From positions 680 through 64,679 of the forward strand of contig JBOIAQ010000018.1 of NCBI GenBank assembly GCA_050739115.1: a stretch of DNA of 64,000 nt, given 5' to 3'. This DNA comes from Steroidobacteraceae bacterium. GTDB taxonomy: Bacteria > Pseudomonadota > Gammaproteobacteria > Steroidobacterales > Steroidobacteraceae. The notes below the pieces were generated by a model. That model did not search any database, had not been told where the DNA came from, and saw only the letters and a list, made by a program, of their open reading frames with translations. Of the stretch, positions 61,253 to 64,000 are shown piece after piece (the first letter of the stretch is position 1; every line of letters starts with the position of its first letter). The position numbers and the translations under genes are program-made.

Positions 61253-61297
61253 GCGGCCTTGCCACCTTTAGCGGGGCGCGGCCTTGTCACCTTTAGC
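61253..61297. repeat. Two 20-bp direct repeats (25-bp phasing) upstream of the hypothetical operon
   Basis: GCGGCCTTGCCACCTTTAGC (61253-61272) and GCGGCCTTGTCACCTTTAGC (61278-61297), 19/20 identical. Confidence 0.85.
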
Positions 61298-61357
61298 CTG
61301 GGCGCCGACCTGCCGCGGCGGCAAGGGCATGGCTCAGCCAGCGTAGCGCTACCCCGC

Positions 61358-62452
61358 TCAGCGCGTGCGCGCGGGCAGCATCGTGGCGGTAACGCGGTTG
61401 CGGCCGGAATTCTTGCTGCGGTAGAGGGCGGCGTCGGCGACCTTGAGTATCTGCTCGGCTAGCTTGCGCTCGCCGACCGGAACGCGGTCGAGCCCGCAGA
61501 GGCCAAAGCTCGCTGTGACCTCGACGTCGCGCGCCTGGACCTTGAAGGACTTATTGGCGACGTGCGCGCGCAACTTGCGCGCGACATCGAGCGCCTGCTC
61601 ATAGCTGGTCTCGGGCAGAACGATGGCGAACTCCTCGCCCCCAATACGCGCCACCCAGTCGATGCCGCGGCGCAATGATTCCTGCAGACGTGTGCCGAAC
61701 TGCTTGAGGATCTCATCACCTCCGGCATGACCGAGGGTATCGTTGGCGTTCTTGAAGTAGTCGATATCGCAGAGGATGAGCGAGAGCGAGCGTGCATATC
61801 GAGCCGCACGTTCCACCTCGCGGGGGAAGTGCTTACTGAAGAACCGTCTGCTGGCGACCCGGGTCAGGTCGTCAGTCGTCGAGAGTTTGCGATTCTCAAC
61901 GAGTGCGATGCGCAGAACGGCTTCGAGCTCCGCGATACGGCGCGCCGCCCCGAGTCGCGCGTGCAGCTCCCGGTCCGAGACACGACGGCCCAGACAGTCG
62001 TCGGCGCCGGCGGCGAGTCCGGCCTCTCTCTCACGGGACTCATCGAGTGGCGTGACGTAGACGACGTAAGGCGTCCGTGAGGACTGTTGCGAGCGGATCT
62101 TGCGGATGAGCTCCAGGCTGTCCGTCATGACGACGGAACGGAACTCGGTCACCAGACTGACGAGCGCCGCATCGTCATCCGCGGCCGCCGCCAGATCGAG
62201 CATGTCCGGCGGAATTCGTCTCTCGAAGTCCGAACGAATCCCGGCGTCGGCCATCGCCACGAGCGCGCGCGGCGGCGGCAGCACGCGCAGCATGACGGCG
62301 ATGGTGGCGGTGGTGTCTTCCTGAGTGGCCGAAGGCCGCTGCGCGCGGCGCTCGAGAACTCGCTTGATGACGGTAGTCTGCCCGCCCGTGCGCATTGACG
62401 CCCCCCAAGGGCTCCCCGGTCTGGCGATTGGCGCGGATGCTACAGATTTCAC
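61358..62452 (-). CDS. Diguanylate cyclase (GGDEF) with degenerate receiver-like N-terminal domain
   Basis: GGEEF active site with an RGID I-site five residues upstream, DIDYFKNANDTLGHAGGD. The N-terminal REC-like fold lacks the DD pair and conserved Lys. The start may be 62395. Confidence 0.88.
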   Translation of the reverse strand: MKSVASAPIARPGSPWGASMRTGGQTTVIKRVLERRAQRPSATQEDTTATIAVMLRVLPPPRALVAMADAGIRSDFERRIPPDMLDLAAAADDDAALVSLVTEFRSVVMTDSLELIRKIRSQQSSRTPYVVYVTPLDESREREAGLAAGADDCLGRRVSDRELHARLGAARRIAELEAVLRIALVENRKLSTTDDLTRVASRRFFSKHFPREVERAARYARSLSLILCDIDYFKNANDTLGHAGGDEILKQFGTRLQESLRRGIDWVARIGGEEFAIVLPETSYEQALDVARKLRAHVANKSFKVQARDVEVTASFGLCGLDRVPVGERKLAEQILKVADAALYRSKNSGRNRVTATMLPARTR

Positions 62453-62466
62453 AGGGAAAAATCTGT
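62442..62466. promoter_or_regulatory. Perfect 8-bp inverted repeat at the 5' end of the GGDEF gene
   Basis: ACAGATTT-cacagggaa-AAATCTGT. Confidence 0.35.
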
Positions 62467-62605
62467 GGAGCCCGGCGCATCGGGATCGCCCGGGCGCGGC
62501 CCGACGGGAATTGTGATGCGGTCCACGTTTCCCCTGTGACCCGACACGTCGCTACCATAGGTGACTTGGAGCATCCTTTGCGTACCTCGGAACGTCTTTC
62601 CCCCC

Positions 62606-63157
62606 ATGGGCCCTCCCGCCATTACCCGCCGCCGCCGTCCCTTTCTCGCCCCGGTCTGGATCATTCTGCTGGGGGTGCTGGCGGTGATCGGAGTGGCGCT
62701 CGGACTGCATGCCTCGGCGACCAATACCATCGTGGTGATCGTGGCGCCCGCGAGCAGAGTGCTTGGCACCATCGATGATCCGCCGCTTTCGGCCGCCGGG
62801 GAACAGCAGGCCCAGGAGCTTGCGCAGCAGTTCACCGAGGCAAACGCTCCGGACGGACTCAGCGCCATCTACGTGAGCGCCACCCGTCGAGCGAAGCAGA
62901 CCGCCGCCCCGCTCGCGCAATCCCTCGGCAAGCAGCCGGTAGTGCTCACGAGCACCAATGCCGATCAGATCGCCGGACAGATCATGGGTGAGCATGCCGG
63001 CGATAACGTGCTCGTCGTCTGCCCGAAGGCGATCATTCCGGGTCTCATCGAGGTCCTCAGCGGACAGGAAGTGAAGCCGTCCCAAGGGCAGCGCACGGCT
63101 TGGGTGGTGACGGTCCCGAGCTACGGTCCGGCGAGCGTCTTGCGGCTCGATTTTTGA
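62606..63157 (+). CDS. Membrane-anchored histidine-phosphatase-fold protein lacking the catalytic His residues
   Basis: N-terminal TM (FLAPVWIILLGVLAVIGVAL). Aligns by eye to the PGM/SixA fold (DDPPLSAAGEQQAQELA...IYVSATRRAKQTAAPLA...VLVVCPKAII), but RHG is replaced by APA and the second His by Cys/Pro. Confidence 0.55.
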   Translation: MGPPAITRRRRPFLAPVWIILLGVLAVIGVALGLHASATNTIVVIVAPASRVLGTIDDPPLSAAGEQQAQELAQQFTEANAPDGLSAIYVSATRRAKQTAAPLAQSLGKQPVVLTSTNADQIAGQIMGEHAGDNVLVVCPKAIIPGLIEVLSGQEVKPSQGQRTAWVVTVPSYGPASVLRLDF

Positions 63158-63184
63158 GCGAGGCTCTGGTCGGGCCCCGCCCCC

Positions 63185-63646
63185 TCAGCGGGAATGCACG
63201 CTCAGGGCGATGGCCTTACGCACGAAGGCCTCGTGCTGCCCGATGCGAAAGTCGGCCAAAACGGCGTCCAGGATATGTCGCGCCTGATCGATGAGAAAGG
63301 TCGCGCGACGCACGCCGAGCCCGAGAGGTCCCTGCACGCCATACATCTTGATGACGAAGCGATCGACGTCCGCCAGAAGAGTGAAGGGGAGTTTGTACTT
63401 CTCGCGAAAGGCGCGGTGGCTCTCAGGGCTCTGGGGGCTGACGCCCGCGACCACGAGTCCCGCGCTCTCGACATCCGAGTGCAGATCGCGGATCCGGCAG
63501 GCCTCGCGCTTGCAGCCCGGCGTGAAATCGGCCGGATAGAAGTAGAGGACGAGCGGCCCATCTCGCAGCAGATTGCTGAGCGAGGTCATCTGACCGTCCG
63601 CATCCGTGAGGGTGAATTCGGGCGCCCGCGCGCCAATTGCCAGCAT
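63185..63646 (-). CDS. bcp: Peroxiredoxin (Bcp/AhpC-TSA family)
   Basis: GARAPEFTLTDADGQ...LVLYFYPADFTPGCKREAC.... Start taken at MLAIG (63646), not the upstream ATG at 63778. Confidence 0.88.
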   Translation of the reverse strand: MLAIGARAPEFTLTDADGQMTSLSNLLRDGPLVLYFYPADFTPGCKREACRIRDLHSDVESAGLVVAGVSPQSPESHRAFREKYKLPFTLLADVDRFVIKMYGVQGPLGLGVRRATFLIDQARHILDAVLADFRIGQHEAFVRKAIALSVHSR

Positions 63647-64000
63647 GAGCTCTCCGGGGAGCTTGATCGCAGCGATTCTTGAAGAAATGGTGGAGCGGAA
63701 GGGGATCGCGGTTCCATCATAATTGGCTGAAATCGCATCATTTTCCGGCCCAGCGCTCCCGAAGATACCCTGATACATACCCCAAGGCTAGCCTGCGCCG
63801 GCCGAGGATTCTGCGAAGGCCTGCCACACGGCGAAAGTGATGAAGAGGTTTGGCGAGTGGGCGCGCCGGGGCCGGCGGTGCGCATGAATCCCGCGCGCGA
63901 CCCGAGCGCGCCTGCCGCTAGGGCGCCGAGGGAAGAAGCGTCCGCTGCCGCGGAGCTGGATCGATCCCGGCGCCACATGAAGATACCTACCCCGTTTGGG

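Noticed and set aside
63977-64000. ATG AAG ATA CCT ACC CCG... possible gene start at the window edge
   Set aside because: Only 8 codons are visible, so it cannot be evaluated.

Overview
High-GC (roughly two-thirds G+C by eye) proteobacterial chromosomal segment, densely coding. Gene order resembles gammaproteobacteria. One conserved block (7-14.5 kb) is rne / rluC, maf, yceD-rpmF-plsX-fabH. A second (30-41.8 kb) is clpS-clpA, infA-aat, trxB, ftsK-lolA-rarA-serS. About 15.5 kb of less conserved content lies between them: an OprI/Lpp-like lipoprotein, a lexA-imuA-imuB-dnaE2 SOS mutagenesis cassette with two SOS boxes, a tightly overlapping arsR-SRPBCC-clpP trio, a GNAT gene and a partial type II secretion cluster (gspC-D-E-F only). 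The left end (1.7-6.5 kb) looks like a decayed islet. It holds a frameshifted transposase remnant, a TetR-controlled pair of secreted proteins, a tRNA-Glu-like 3' fragment and a truncated P4-type integrase. The right third carries housekeeping and envelope genes (amino-acid permease, tRNA-Ser, esterase, xthA, pgm, tal, SCO/CtaG, aldehyde dehydrogenase, mechanosensitive channel, GGDEF, peroxiredoxin) plus several decayed or uncharacterised genes. I found no rRNA, CRISPR array, intact prophage or recognisable defence system. The novelty candidates are modest: the arsR-SRPBCC-clpP operon, a 16-bp tandem repeat array in the trxB-ftsK intergenic region, the integrase::tRNA-fragment junction, a shared 24-bp operator defining a small TetR regulon, and an uncharacterised two-gene module (60.2-61.3 kb) preceded by 20-bp direct repeats. 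All family assignments come from reading the translations and from memory of motifs; no database search was run. Many long ORFs in the track are antisense artefacts of the high GC content.
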